Assembly (NCBI GenBank): GCA_051294905.1
Contig: CM119374.1
Coordinates: 16,120,001 to 16,184,000, forward strand
Length of the DNA: 64,000 nucleotides
Direction of reading: 5' to 3'
Source: Botryllus schlosseri
Taxonomy: Eukaryota
Shown here piece after piece: positions 1 through 13,927 of this stretch. A model generated the notes under the pieces. That model was not told where the DNA came from, did no database searches, and saw nothing but the letters and a program-made list of their open reading frames with translations. Positions within the stretch are counted from its first letter, which is position 1. Each line of letters opens with the position of its first letter. The translations under genes were made by a program, and so were the position numbers.

Positions 1-1392
1 ATTTCACTAGAGTATTCGGATCACGGAATAGTTGACACATCCTGAAGAGACAGGAAAGACGCGGTTGTGCGCAGTTGACCTTCTTTTAGTCTTCGCTGTG
101 CAATCGCCTGGAAGTCTCTTCCTAAGCAAAAAAAACAGTAGGCCCACGGCATGCAAAAAAGAGGACATTTGCGCGTCTTTGAAAGACATTTTACTTTTAT
201 ATAGAGAATTCTACAAATTCTACTAATAGATAACATATATCGTATTCCCTAGGCTCGGGTTACAGTATGTTTGTGGCCTAAATTCCGGACACTCTTTATC
301 GTCTGCTACCGGGTTTTTAAATAGGTATGTAACATATTTTCTATCAATATGACGTCACATTAGCGCTGCTCTGCATTTTCCGACTGTATGCATAAGTGGG
401 TTTTATTTTACACTGATCATGAAATACCTATAGGGTATTATCTCTAATTTGAGCTATGGCGATTGCTAAGGCTAGTATTCTCATTCGGCCTGCATCAGAC
501 TTCACGGGCCGGATGTGTTAACAGCTCTGCTATAATACCGTTAGGTCGGTGCAGTTATGTGATTGTGTGTCGTAACTAGGACCGAAACAACACTTTTTCA
601 GCACCCTCCCACCCAATAAACAATGGTATGGGGCACAACATACGCTGATCGATGCAGCTTTGGGTGAGGGGGTGGTCACTATATTCATCTGGTTGTTAAA
701 TTTTTTGAATGAACTCTGTCAATAATCTGGATTCTTCCATATATCACAATAGAATTTTATTCCGCTCGCCACCAACGTTATCTTAGTATAGAATACATGA
801 AATGTAAGTACATTGTATACCGTTAAGTCATGTTCCTTTCACATGCAGAAAACTATGTATGAGACGATATGCCGGTCTGAACAGTGCATCCAGAAATTTC
901 CAACCTGTTCCGTGGCCCACCTCAAAATTCTACACAAAATAAGATATTGTTTATGTTGATCTACGAAAAATTTTGAGCTCAGTTCAAGCCTTCGAAATAC
1001 CGTAAAGTTGAACATATTTTGAGTGTTGGTAGCGGCCAGGGCGTACTGGGGTTAAACTGCCGATATCACGTTGATGTTTTCCGACTAGTTGGCCCCAAAT
1101 GACTTTCGCAGCAGGTAGCGCCACAGATACGTAATAAAAGCCCTACAGGTTTGCTATGGCCGCACACGTTGTTTAATGATCAGTGCTTGGCTTACAAAAA
1201 TCAATCGCAAATTTCGATGATTGCGGAGTGAACTTGTTTATGGATTCCCTGAAATTCGTGGCAACGTGTCGTTGAAGTGTACCCAAAACAATATCAGCAT
1301 TTTAGAATCAAAAAACTATTGAAGTAAAAGTATATAAAAACGAGACTTTACTTGATTACTACGTATCAAAGCAGAAATACTTCCATATAGAT

Positions 1393-1784
1393 CAGTGGTT
1401 CCCAACCTTTTTCGACTCATCGCCCCCTTTTCAAGCTCAACGCCCATCATCGCCCCCCAGATTTTGTGAACCAAAAAATCGGTATACAATCTGTAATCAT
1501 CGGCGGGTTGATTAAAAAAAAAGGTCAAATTTTCGGCTCGCTGTCGAATCTTACACTTTTGCAACTAAATTTCCGTGGGTTCACAAAAAAAGGGCATTTC
1601 TCCGAGTTGACTCCTATATAGCCATTTTAACGCGTCAGCGCCCCCTATCGCCCCCTTCGCTATTTTCTCCCCCTGTCGCCCCCTTTGTCCATTTCGCCCC
1701 CCATCGCCCCCTTCGTCATTTTCGCCCCCCTAGACCGTCAAATCGCCCCCAGGGGGGCGATATCGCCCACGTTGGGAACCACTG
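1393..1784. mobile_element. hAT-type MITE with internal CGCCCCC repeats
   Basis: TIR CAGTGGTTCCCAAC...GTTGGGAACCACTG. Exact 8-bp TSD ATATAGAT at 1385-1392 and 1785-1792. Confidence 0.93.
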
Positions 1785-2289
1785 ATATAGATGATCTCTA
1801 GCGTTTAGGGCGGGGCATTTAACAGTAAATAAGTGAGCGATGACTCAAATAACTTTTGGAACCTCTGCTTTAAACTATTCTTAGATTTATATACCAGCAT
1901 ATACCAGCATTAATAAAGCATTGAAAAAAATTAGAAAATGACACTGAGAATGATCACTCTCATATAAATTATTTTTGCGTTCACTGACATTGCACCCTGT
2001 GTTTCGATGACTATTTAGGTGCGAAGATCCTCACATATACACGCATTCGCATTGATTAGCCATTGCAATGTAGCCAAAGCCCAGGTCAGGAATGCAGCAA
2101 TTACCTGATTGTTCGATAGTTGAAATCTCATGAATCTTCTCCGGGATTTCAGTAGTTCCACCAGGATAAGATGATATAGGGCTTTTGGCTATGTCGACAT
2201 TTGCATCTTAAGAAAAAAGGAATGTTATTTTTTATGACAGACATAAAGTCTTACAACAGGGGATTCTGCAGTAATGCTACAATACGTAA

Positions 2290-3868
2290 GTGGTGACAAG
2301 TAGAAGTAGTTATGTCCGAGTCACCAGTCAATCTCACTTTTATAGTTTTGACTCGAGTCAAGTCGAGTCATTTTCAATTCACCACCTAGTCAAGTCCAAG
2401 TCCAAGTCACGAAGTAGACTGATGAGTCCGAGTCATAGTGTTTTGACTCGATTCCGAGTCCAAGTCATTCTGATGACTGTTCCGTTCCGAGTCAATGTCT
2501 TGTGAAACCCACTTTTCAATACTCTTCTCGGTGATATCGAATGCTTCGCATTCATAATATACTATCATTCCCCTCACTTTTAACGTTTTTTTGTAGCATT
2601 TTCGAAATAACAATACTGATAGACAAAATGTAATAGTGTGATATGTAGGGCGATTTTTTGACGTAAAAAACGAAAGATTTTGACCTAAAAAATCTAAATG
2701 TTGAAATTTTGGACCCTAATAAAACCTAATTTTGACCAAATTTTGACCTCACGTTTGTAATTTAGGTGTTTTCCCACAAAATTTTAGAATTGCAATACTT
2801 AGTATCGTAGGCCAGAGTACTACTTATCTTCATTTCTGGTTGGAAATGTCTGTCAGTACGAAGTAGTTTTTAACTAAATTTAAACTATATTTGAACCTAT
2901 GAAAAATTCCAGTAGTTACATCACGTATTATGGGAGAACTAATAAAATTTTGTTGTAGTACAACTAAAGATATTTTCCTACATTCTCGGGTAGAAATTGT
3001 CTGTCCTTATTAAGTAACTTGCCAACAATGGAGTAAGAACGTTCAACCGCAGCAGCTGTTGACTGGCAACACTGCAGTTGCGTGTACAGTACACGGCTGG
3101 TGACCAACGTTACCTCGAATTTTTCACGAGTCTGTGCGCACTCACCAACCCACTGTGCGGTCCCTTGGACAACGGTGCGTACCGACTAAAAAAACGTCAC
3201 CGCTTCAGCTTTTTTGTGCGAGGCACAGATTTTTCTGTGCACGGCGACTTTGTCAGCAGTGCGCGGCCGCGCACGGGCGCAACTGAGAGCGAACTTTGCT
3301 AGTGACACACGGTGTTGGTCATTCTGACAATTCTTTCACATCGCAATTTTTATCATGCGCTTGTTGATATAAAAAAACATGCCCATTGCCCACGCAGACT
3401 CGTTTCGCTTAGGATATTGCGATACGTTGAGCATAACACCATGCCAACCTATTTGTTGCATTTGACCGTTAATGATTCACAATGAGCAGACAATGGGCCG
3501 TCTACAACGGAGGGCCGATAAATTGAGCTATAAGCTGGAAAATGTCAATGATAAGTTCACCCACAGTGCAAACATCTACGATACAAACGAAATGCAGGTT
3601 GATAAATTTTGACTTCGTAACCAATTTTGACATTTTTGACCTAACGCTACAATTTTGGCAAAAGTAATCGCCCGAGTGATAAGACTCATAACTTCCCTAT
3701 TCTTCGAAATTACAATGAAGTGCCTGTCCTGATATACCTAGTCTCGAGTCACATGACTTGGTCCGAGTGATGCGCAATGACTCGAGTCGAGTCGTTTTTA
3801 ATTTAAAAGAAAATGACTCGAGTCAGGTCGAGTCAACAAAAAATCTCGACTCGAGTCATTACAACCCA
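2290..3868. mobile_element. Degenerate GACTCGAGTC-repeat MITE (family of 59540-60534) that hosts the 2646-3675 element; boundaries approximate
   Basis: Clusters of GACTCGAGTC/GAGTC at 2317-2491 and 3746-3858. The right end resembles the reverse complement of the left end of the 59540 element. Confidence 0.55.
2646..3675. mobile_element. hAT-type MITE, TAGGGCG family
   Basis: Ends TAGGGCG...CGCCCGA. TSD GTGATATG/GTGATAAG (1 mismatch). Colinear with 10618-11502. Confidence 0.85.
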
Positions 3869-5793
3869 GATGTATGTCAACATTACTTGAAGTTAGGGTA
3901 TAACAGGAAATGTATAAGTACCTGAAGCAATTGGAATACATCAAAATAAACGTAGCAGTGATATCATAATGTGTCAGCGACATTTTAATAAATTGAAAGG
4001 TCATTTCCACGTATCTGAAAACTAGGATGAAGGGATTTGGAGATGCGCAAATAAGGGTGATTTGCATAATGCAGTCTTACCACGAAAAACGTATCTATAT
4101 CTCTTGACTTCTTTCTATTATAAAATCAGGTATAGTACAGAGGTTCTCAACACGCGGCCCGTAGACGCTTATTTATAGGCCCGTCAGATCTTCGATAATG
4201 TAAGAAATTACTGATATGGTATCGTTATATTTTAATATATATATAGCTACTTCTAGCTCTCTCAACGCACGATGTCTGTTTTATTCACTGATAACTCATT
4301 TTGGATGCTTGATACGCTCAAGTTGAAATTCGCACTTAATATTATTATTATTATTATTGATGAAAAGATGAGTGACGCTTTTCGCCTGTAAGGCCAGGTG
4401 CGTCACGGACCAGAATGAGCGATATATCAAAATATGGGCAAGAACCGATTTACAAGTAAGTACCACAAGATATAACAAATTTTGCAACATGGGATAACAT
4501 TTCGGGAAATTCGCACTTATGATGATCGGTATTCGTCTGATGGACTCTGGCTTAAGAGAATCCCGCTGGGTAAAGTATACTTATAAAGAGTGTTACACTC
4601 AACACCACTAACTTGAACAGATCGCAACAAGGAAACCCAATGTGTTTTGTTGTTTTGTGGCATTCATGGTGTTTGTCGACTACTCTGTCGTATTTGCTGG
4701 CGAACAGTTGTCGCAACGAAACTAGGAAGTTTAAAACGACATCACTGACAGTTTCATCCGGAGTTCAAAGTACAGATACAACATCTCTTCTTAAGACAAA
4801 ACGTTGCTACTTAAGTGTAAAATCCAGCAATCCATATTTCAATGCATCGGTGCAATTGCCAAAAAAGTTGCATAGACCTAGTTCAAAATTGCCTGGAATA
4901 TTGACAAAGCCAAGAAGTCAGCTTGGGAAATGAGATTTGAGAAAACTTTAGCGGACTGTGTGAATTCCCTGTTTCCGCTATAGCTACAGTTGTCTGATTC
5001 AATTGTGTCCGAATGAGTAACATTAATTTCAGTCAATCTTTTATCGCAGTTTCTGAAACAAGCTTCCGCGTAGGCTACTTTAGCCTAGCATCGGAATACT
5101 CCGCAGACATTGTATAGCTCATAATATGGGTGCATTTTCTCGGAGTGGACATTTTCACAGAGTGAATGATGGTAGAGCAAACTTCTGGAGGGGACAGTTG
5201 TTTAGCAATGACATGACGAGCTTATATCGAAATAACACTCAAAAACATTAACCTGGCACAGCTGACGTTTGTAATTATTAATGGGGGTCCAGGGTCCACC
5301 GCTCCAGCCATAGTGGGAAAGGAGAAAAATTGCCGTGATTTCCTTGCGCCACAGGGAAATAGCATATTCACATAACTAACAGCAACTGCACACTTGTGAA
5401 CTCTATCCAATAATGCTTAAGAATGCAGAAACATTAAACATGTATTAAACGTCCGTGTACGACTGGTAATAACAGTGAATTTAATAGTAGCCCACGATCG
5501 CATGGTAATAATTTCTGCGGCCTTCAGCCCTTTTTCATATTAAAATGGGACCCGTTATACATGGGAAGTTGAGATCCCCTGAATAGATCAAATGCATATA
5601 TTGGAATTAAAAACATATAAAAGGTGAAATGTTACTATCTGAGTATCCCACATAGAATAGTTACGGTCCGGTACGGTCCGGTTGCCAGAAAGGATGTTTT
5701 TCGTTCTTCAATTCTCGTCAGGCCTGAAAACGACGTTTTCGCTGTTAATAATTGACATGATTCGCCCCATCAGGGCTATCAGCGTGTATCGTA

Positions 5794-7127
5794 GGGGAGA
5801 GTGGGTAGGTATGGGCCACCAAATCTTACAAAGCCATAACTTGGCCAAACTTGGTCTAATATTCCTAAATTTCGGTATAGACGATCATTAGTTATATATC
5901 TAACTATTACTGGTAGAATTAAGCTAATATACCCATGTATTTGGAAGTGACATCAAATTTTGTAACAATACATCATTTTTGTAAACAAAAAATAGGCCAT
6001 GAGGTATGGGCCGGGGGGTGGTGAGGTATGGGCCGCTGTCTGTATTGAATCAATAAATGCCATTCATATCCTACAAACCTCAACTCTTGTCACAGTTACC
6101 AACAATTTGTATATACTGATATAAAGCTTAGCTGGAAGTGGACATTTCATATATTTCAATTCCCGTATTGATCGTAAGCCATAACGTATAACGAAACAAG
6201 ATAACTAAAAATATGTAACATACAAATCACTATCACATCATGCTTCTTTCGCCTCAACTACCCCATCAAATCCAAATCTCACAGCTCTATCTCTTATTTA
6301 AGTAGGAGTGACAAACCATGATGCACATTTGAGCATATGATGACATACTGTGCTAACAAACTTTTCTCCTCTTCATTAAAGACAGTATTGAAAAACGATT
6401 TTGAAATCTTTTTCGTGTGAGACTCATCCCCTGTTTTTCCATATACCTGTTTAATGTAGCTCTACCAATTTTGTACTGCCGACATGCTTCTCTTTTTGAT
6501 ACCTCCTATGCTGCAACGTTTCATATTGCCAAGCTCAGATCTGATTCTGAAAACTTGCCTTTTTATGGGTTTCATGATTTACTTTCAAGTGATTGTATTT
6601 GGGAGGGATATGACCAACACCTTCTGTGTTCTGGAGATAAATATATTTAATAGGATCAATCAAATATTGATTTCAGGTATATGTTATGCTGTCCCATACC
6701 CCAGACTATTGAGGTATGGGCCGGCCCATACCCCAATCTGCTAAAAGGCCCATACCTCAAACACTCCATCTTGGGGATTCTTACCATAATTTCAAGATCC
6801 AAGAGATTGACAACGCATTAAAACTATACTCTATAGATGGCATATTTATATAGCTTTTACACCATAAATAAGTCTAATCCAAACATGCACATATGTGGAC
6901 TCAAACCCAAATTCCCTATTTTCAAATAAATTTACTTTGGACCGCAAAAATTATATATCTCTAGCTGATTCAAAAACCCCGCTGGCCTTGTGGCTGTGAG
7001 TAACATGGGTGAGTCTGGAGCCTTTTTCTAACAATCACACAGCTTGACAAACATATGTGATGTCACAGTCACCAGATATGGCAGTGGCCCACACCTCAAC
7101 AGTGGCCCATACCTACCCACTCTCCCC
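5794..7127. mobile_element. Non-autonomous Tc1/mariner-superfamily (pogo-like) element
   Basis: TIR GGGGAGAGTGGGTAGGTATGGGCCAC...GTGGCCCATACCTACCCACTCTCCCC, flanked by TA on both sides. Internal repeats of the GGTATGGGCC motif. No transposase ORF. Confidence 0.85.
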
Positions 7128-9095
7128 TACATCATACTGAGGGTGTAACACTCGGCTTGGGGGCACTGGAGTGTACCATATCCGAGTTACAGTTGTCCGA
7201 TGATTAGATATTGCAAGAAATGGGTAGGCTTATGCTTCAGAACAGTTCGACCGAATTTACAATATCGTGATGATGATAATGATGATTATCGATATGATAA
7301 TGATTATTGAAGGAACCACTATGAAAGATCTGATATTTAGAATTGATACTTCATGCGATAAGCTTATAAATAGCGCAATGTACAGGATTGCAGGAGCGTA
7401 GCCAGGGGTCTCGGGGGTCGAGTTTAACACCACTTAGGTATATGGTGTTCCTGTAACCTCGATCCCTGATTAGTATTTAGCATTCCCATGCGTTGCTGTC
7501 TTTTCCATTTTAATTTCGATTACGACAGGAGTTTAAAACCTGCGGACGTGCGGCCGCATGCAGCCGTAATACCGTAATTATGCGGCCGTTGACACATAAT
7601 TAAATTAGCGTGTGTTGGCGGCCGTCAATATTCAATTTGAATTTACGAATTAATTCCTAAATCTTCGAGAGATTTTAATTCAACCAAAAGATTTTCTTCA
7701 CGTCTAGCGCGATTTAGGGTGACTTTTATTTTTATTTTTATTTTTAATATAACATTGTCCTTGCAATCTGAGCCACACCGTACAAATGCTAACCGCAGGG
7801 GAAAATGATGCCCCCTCACAAAATAATAAAAAAGAAGGAATCGTGTGCGTCTCTTAAATGAACATTTCTCTGGAAAGTCAGGGCGATTTCAAAATATTGT
7901 GACTATACCGACAATCCTGATGAGAGGTCAAGAAACAACAACCTGCGAAAAATGAATATTGAAAACCGGACGATGCAGCATAATTGATTGTCTGCCCAAT
8001 TTCGTTTGAAGCCATCCCTAACATGGGCTTTACCCATTAAATTGATGAAGTGGGCTGAGTATGAATAAAATTTTTGCAGTAATATGTGAAACTACAAACA
8101 TTATCGACGAGGTTGGAAAGAATCCGGACTAGACTAGGAACAAAATCCCAATAACTTCCATTAATATTTCTACTCGCGATTTTGATTCATAGGCATATAT
8201 AGTATAAGCCTGCGGGGTTGTTCTGTTTCTACAATTAGAAACCTTTATACGTAAGGTATATCTCAAGAAATCAGTGATGGCACAGAACACCACAACGGCT
8301 CACCGTGGTGCGAATTTACCAGTAGCTAATTTGACATGAGTATTTGTCTTCCAGATGAGGCATGACGACTCTCCACTGGAATGTTACAGTAATCGAAATA
8401 CGGCTTATACAAAATCGTTGTATTATGTGGTCAGCGTAGTACGAGTTTTTCTTAAACGTTAGAAGGAAGTATCACGATGCCTAATAGCACATGACCTTCC
8501 GCGAGGCATTTCAAGAGGTCCGTGAAAACTATAAATTTGCTATATGATTGATAACCTTGGTTAAGATTTTTAAATTAGGGTTAGGCATATGATGCAATAT
8601 TCCTCCGTAACTGCTGCAAATTCAGTACGATCAGCAGCATGGCCACTTTAGATATAATATCCTATTCCGCAAATAACTTATCCCAATTGTCTTTAAGCAA
8701 TTTGACCAACGCGTATAGGCGTAAATTCTTGCGTCACAATATGTGATCTACGTACATAAATCGAATTTAACGTAGTAGCCTAAACGAATAAGCGGAGCTT
8801 ATTACGGTAGTCAAGGGTAATTTCGCAATATTTAAAACCATTTCAGGAAAATATCAGTCCTCGTGCGCAGATAAAGTACAGGAAACTGTAGTGAACACTC
8901 CACAGTCGCATGAAAAGGAATTCGCGGAGTATTATCCTAATTTGTCCCAATGGATTCCAACCTTTCCATAAACCCATTTTCTCAAATGATAGCTATACTA
9001 TACCATTGCTACAGAGGAACTCCAAGATAAACAATAACTATATGATAATACAAATCACACTGATACATAAGACCATATACGTACTTAGTACGTAC

Positions 9096-9294
9096 TTCTC
9101 TCGATCGCGTGAGTCCACGCCAAGATTACAATCAGCATCGTGATAATCATGGTTCCAAAAATAATGTGTATAATCGGCGTTGCCTTGTTGCATAATCTGT
9201 TAACGCAATTCGCGTTTTTCGCTGTAGAGGCATCAGGATCGCCTTTACGCACATTCGTTACCTCGTAAAGTTCATATTGATTATTTTCAGCCAT
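9096..9294 (-). CDS. Candidate first coding exon of a type II membrane protein (MAENNQYELYEV...PIIHIIFGTMIITMLIVILAW...ER)
   Basis: ATG in AACAATGG context, hydrophilic N-terminus, ~21-aa hydrophobic stretch, then a phase-1 donor A|GTACGT. Downstream exons were not resolved. Confidence 0.45.
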
Positions 9295-9685
9295 TGTTAC
9301 TCAGATTACCGTAATTGCACAGAAATCTTTTCGCAGTATGATTCGTCTAAAAATCAATACAGATAGTTTTTGGATGTATGCTGAGGTAAATTCAAAGTTG
9401 TGAAAGTTAAGTGTGTGAAAATCACGATAACACTCTCTTGAATATGGAGCCAGGCTAACTAATTTCGTCGATCGCGCAACCTGGATAAATGTCAGTAAGC
9501 ATAAGAAATAAGGAAACCACTGCTACCATTGTAATCGATCGCCATTAGGATTATTTTAAAACGCACGAATGCAATTACAGCAAAATATTTGTAGGGTCGA
9601 TTACGGCTAATATTATAGAACCGAGTATCTGGCGTAAGAATAAAATCATGAGTCAAAGAATGTGAAATAATAATTAATACATATT

Positions 9686-10482
9686 GGTGGCGAGATAGCG
9701 TGGTGGTATAATCCACAGCAGCAACACCAATGGGTTGCGGGTTCGTGTCCGACGGAGGTTGACTCTAGAATTCCTATCTAAGCGTTCGAGGTAAGGCTGG
9801 GCAAAATCGAGTACCTTAGTGATTCGATTCCGAATTCCGAGTTACGCTTCGAGTCGAGTCGAGTATTCGAGTATCACTCATTATGACGTCACAATAGAAC
9901 GCACTATCTCAAAGTTCAAATACGTACCATTTATGCCACTACAAAGAATATGATGCCTGTTATCCGTCACATTTAAGAAAATTTGATATTTTTTCGATTA
10001 TACCGATTTCATTGCACTTCTTGACAATGTTCTGGGATGTTCATGACTACGGAAATGTGTTATTTTCAGTAACTTTCGTAGTTTTGTACTATGTCTCGCG
10101 TGCTGCGACACGGCCAACCAAGGTTTCAAGGCTTCCTCATTGGAAAATAATATCAAAACTATATTTCTGGTTGGTAAATTAACTTTCAGATGCGCGGAGC
10201 GTATAATTTCAGTTCTCGAAAAAGTCGTCTTTTACTACTCCACTCGAATCATCAAAATTAATACTCGATTCAGATTCGAGTACTTGAATCATTGTGCCCA
10301 GCCCTAGTTGGAGGTTTATCTGGGCTTCTCCTCGCCACGGGATCCGCGTGAGCGGTGTCCTATAAAGGCCTCGAAGTGGGCCGTGCCACTAGTCGGTAGG
10401 CAAAATACGGAACCAAAAATAAAGAATATCGGCCTGGTGTAACGTGATCAAGGTATTCGAAACATTATGAATATCAAAAACA
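9686..10482 (+). mobile_element. tRNA-derived SINE (family A), interrupted by the 9792-10306 MITE
   Basis: A box TAGCGTGGTGG and B box GGGTTCGTGTCC. The body resumes after the MITE and aligns by eye with the SINE at 56838-57098. Confidence 0.8.
9792..10306. mobile_element. hAT-type MITE, TAGGGCTGGGCA family
   Basis: TIR TAAGGCTGGGCA...TGCCCAGCCCTA. TSD GTTCGAGG/GTTGGAGG. Homologous in reverse to 16259-17044. Confidence 0.88.
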
Positions 10483-10617
10483 TACACTCGGCCATCAGAG
10501 AATAATACATGGTTAATACCAAACATTAGGCCAACAGTAACGAACAATGCTTCTCGTAGCGTAACACACATTCTGCATTCCACAAATATGGATATTGTGA
10601 TCCCCGTTTGTAATAAC

Positions 10618-11502
10618 TAGGGCGTTTTTTTTTTGACCTAAAAAAATATAAATTTTGACCTAAAAAATCAAAATTTTGACTTTTTTTGACCTGAAAAAAC
10701 TTAATTTTGACCAAATTTTGACCTAAGATATGCAAATTAGGTGTTTTCCCACATGTTAAAATTGTACCACTTATCTTCATTTCTGGTTGGAACTGACTGT
10801 CCTAACGAAGTAGTTTGGCCTGAAAAAACGTTTTTGGCTTAGAAACAGGCAACTTTTTACTTGAAAAAAAAAACATTTTAACGAAATCTCGCCCTATGAA
10901 GAATTCCAGTGGTTAGAATATGTATTATGGTAGAAATAATTAAAATATTTTGTAGTACAACGAGAGATACTTTCCTACATTCTTGGGTAAAAAGTGCACG
11001 GACTGCACGTCCTTACTAAGAAGCTTGCCAAGAACGTTCAACAGCAGCAGTTGTTGGCTGACAACACTCAAGTTGTGCGTACACTGCTGGTGCTGGTGAC
11101 ACACCGTGTTGCTTCATTCTGACAATGTTGTCTACATCACAATTTTTCATCATGCGCTTCTTAATATGAGAATGATGCAACGCACAAGAAAACTTTCTTC
11201 AGTTAGGATATTGTGGTAGGTTGACCATAACACCATGCCTACCTATTATTTGTTTTATTTGACCGTTTATGATTCACAATGAGCAGACGATTAGCCATTT
11301 ACAACGGTAGGCCTATAAAATAGGCTAAAAGCGGTGAAGTATCACATTATAAGTTCATAGATAGTGCAAAATCTACGATACAAACAAAATGCAGACGTCA
11401 AAATTTGTTTGACTTTATGAAAAAATTTGACAAATTTTGACCTAACGCTACAATTTTGACAAAATTTTGACAAATTTTGACATGTCAAAAAAAACCGCCC
11501 TA
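10618..11502. mobile_element. hAT-type MITE, TAGGGCG family
   Basis: TIR TAGGGCG...CGCCCTA. Exact TSD GTAATAAC. Same family as 2646-3675 and the fragment at 43241-43507. Confidence 0.92.
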
Positions 11503-12781
11503 GTAATAACATATTCATATAAACGGGATATAGTGTGGAATGACATTAACATGCTCAGATAGCTGAAAGCATCATGTGTGCTTTGGAATTATATTCAAAG
11601 CGATGAAACATGTAAATATCATAAAAATAAAAATATAACACTATAAAATACTGCGATCACTAGATAAATTTATATGGGAACTTATATACATTTGAGCTTT
11701 ACCTAAACAATTTTTTGATTTCGAAACCACTCAATATGAGAGAAAGTCGGCTTCGATGAACTCTGTTAATTGCCTTACGAAGCGCCGGTAATGCAACTGC
11801 TCTGCAGCAAATATTGTGACAATGTAGTTAAGAGCTGCATGATTTTCTTCTATCGCGGATAATAATTGTCATTTAAAATCTCTTTCAAAATTTTGTCTTC
11901 AAAATGATTTAGTTTTACGATGAGCAGACAACCATAATAGAAATTCCCAAAGTGGAGCTTTTTTGCATCCAAATGTATTAGACGATTATCAAACTTTAGT
12001 GAGTTTATCAAAGTTTGAAATTGTAGTTCTCTGTCCCAGGTCAAAGATACAGGCCTAACGTCGCCTACCCGTAGTAATCTGGCACTCTTGACGCATATAC
12101 AAACGGAATTTTCTACGGAAGCTTGGTAGAGCCTAGAGTCTATCGATAGGTAAGTTGTGGGTCCAACTCCCGGACAGGACAGGCGAGGAAGCAGCATGAC
12201 CGTCACCGCTAGGAGTGGCTTGGTACACAAACATAGCGTGAAGAGAAAATGACGTCTCTATTGTTTAAAAACCCTCCAGGCCTGACGATCGTGATGACAT
12301 AATAAAATAACCTTGCTTTCTACATGCCATTATTTTGAATTTCTGGCCTTTCAACTGGTTTCGCCATCAGGCACAATATCATGAATCGTACACGACGTAG
12401 CCTAAACCCGTGAAGTTTTTGCGTCTTTTCATTGTTAACCTAATTCTGGTAGCCTATAAATACCGAGCGGCTTTTTATGTCATCGAATATGTTTGAACAC
12501 TTTATTGGTAGAGTACAACATTCTCGATCAACTCCTACAGCTGTATAAATACCACCCGAGGACAGCGATTAGCGAATCACACGGAAAATATGAAACTCAT
12601 AACGGCACGATCATAGCTGATTATATTCCTGTAAGAAACGTTCAACTCAAGATTCTCCTAAGCATCGCGTGGCAAAATTGAATAGTGTGCACAATCTACT
12701 CAACAATTAGATTAAACAGTTTTGAAATATTTGCGGAAGTTAGCTTCCCAATACTAATATTTATACATATAGGGCTATAGC

Positions 12782-13927
12782 CAGGCCACTTTAAATTGTA
12801 CTTTTGGGTATCAAAAGTACAATTTAGTATAAAATAAAATTTCTGTCGAGTATAAAATAAGGATTTTTTTTGTTTACCATTTTTCGGTGTTTGTCAGCTC
12901 ACCGGAGTCTCTAAGAGACGCATTGGCGGGTTTATCGCTTCCGTTCGGGCCCTGCTGGCTCCCACAGGTGCTGCCTGGCGGTTGGGTGGGGAGACCGGCA
13001 GCGGCGGGGGTGCAGATGCCGCACCGCACTGGGAGGAGGAGGAGGATGGCTTCCAGGGTGAATTAGAATACGTCAGAGTGGAATCAGATTCTGTTTCCAT
13101 GACAAATGTTCAGGAGTTCATCCTCGACTTAGGACTTTTTGTGCAGGCCAAACTTGATGAAATCTCAGAGGCCAGAAGGAAAACTGTTCAAAGGGGAGTC
13201 GGCCTTCTGGTTTGCACCCTACTTCATGGCGTCTGTGATCTCCTGGCAAACAACGCGGACATCAAAAACAACGAGATACCACCGACGCTCCCGAAGGAAC
13301 TGGTTAAGTTGCGTCGTTCAGCTGTCTCTGACTTGGTTCGCGAACAGTCAGGACGGCTTTGAGCAGCTGGGTGGGCCGAAGAAAAACTCGAGGATGTCGA
13401 GACGGAGCACGCTCAACTGCAGGACTTTTACAGAGACCATGACAATTTCCGCATTACGTTGAAGGAGAAGAGCACTGACAGCAGCTTCAGGGACGCTTGG
13501 GGTGTCCTCGAGGGTATGAACATCCACCTGCCCACCCTAAAGGACTTCTGCGGAACGCTCTCGACCGTGTTTCCAACGACGGCACCAGTGGAGGCGGATT
13601 TTTCCGCCATCGGAATTGACAAGGATGACTTTGACTACCGGTAGAGCCTGACCGATTTCTCGCTCGAAGGCTGCCTTCATGCAAAACAGTTTCAAGAGCT
13701 GCAGAAACTTGTGTGATTTTTGGTTAGATCATTAAACTTGAAACACCGACAGGTGGAGTAACGCAAAACACGAGCTTGTTTTCACATAAAAGTCTCAGTA
13801 TGGTACCCTCATACGCCAGAAAAGCCATTTTTCATAAAGGTATAATTTAGTATAATTTAAATTCTGGTTGAGTATAAAATAAGCTCTTTTTGCTAAATTG
13901 TACTTAAGTACAATTTAAAGACCCCTG
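12782..13927 (+). mobile_element. GC-rich hAT deletion derivative retaining the transposase C-terminus
   Basis: TIR CAGG(CCA/GGT)CTTTAAATTGTACTT. Exact TSD GCTATAGC at 12774-12781 and 13928-13935. AGTATAAAATAA subterminal repeats. Confidence 0.9.
12982..13716 (+). pseudogene. C-terminal hAT-like transposase fragment with two premature stops
   Basis: One frame throughout, with stops at 13360-13362 and 13642-13644. Motifs PPTLPKELVKL and FCGTLSTVFPTTAPVEADFS...SLTDFSLEGCLHAKQF resemble a hAT dimerisation-like region. Confidence 0.8.

Noticed and set aside
4370-4990. Possible decayed hAT transposase (RDAPGLTG resembling TDGAPAMTG) near a hAT-like end at 4138
   Set aside because: Only one short motif, wrong spacing to a DE.TD-like site, and no matching right TIR.
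12040-12149. Plus-strand segment with strong acceptor and GTAAGT donor; the minus-strand 126-aa ORF overlaps it
   Set aside because: Stops occur in all three plus frames and the minus ORF has no recognisable motif. It could be a non-coding exon but this is unsupported.
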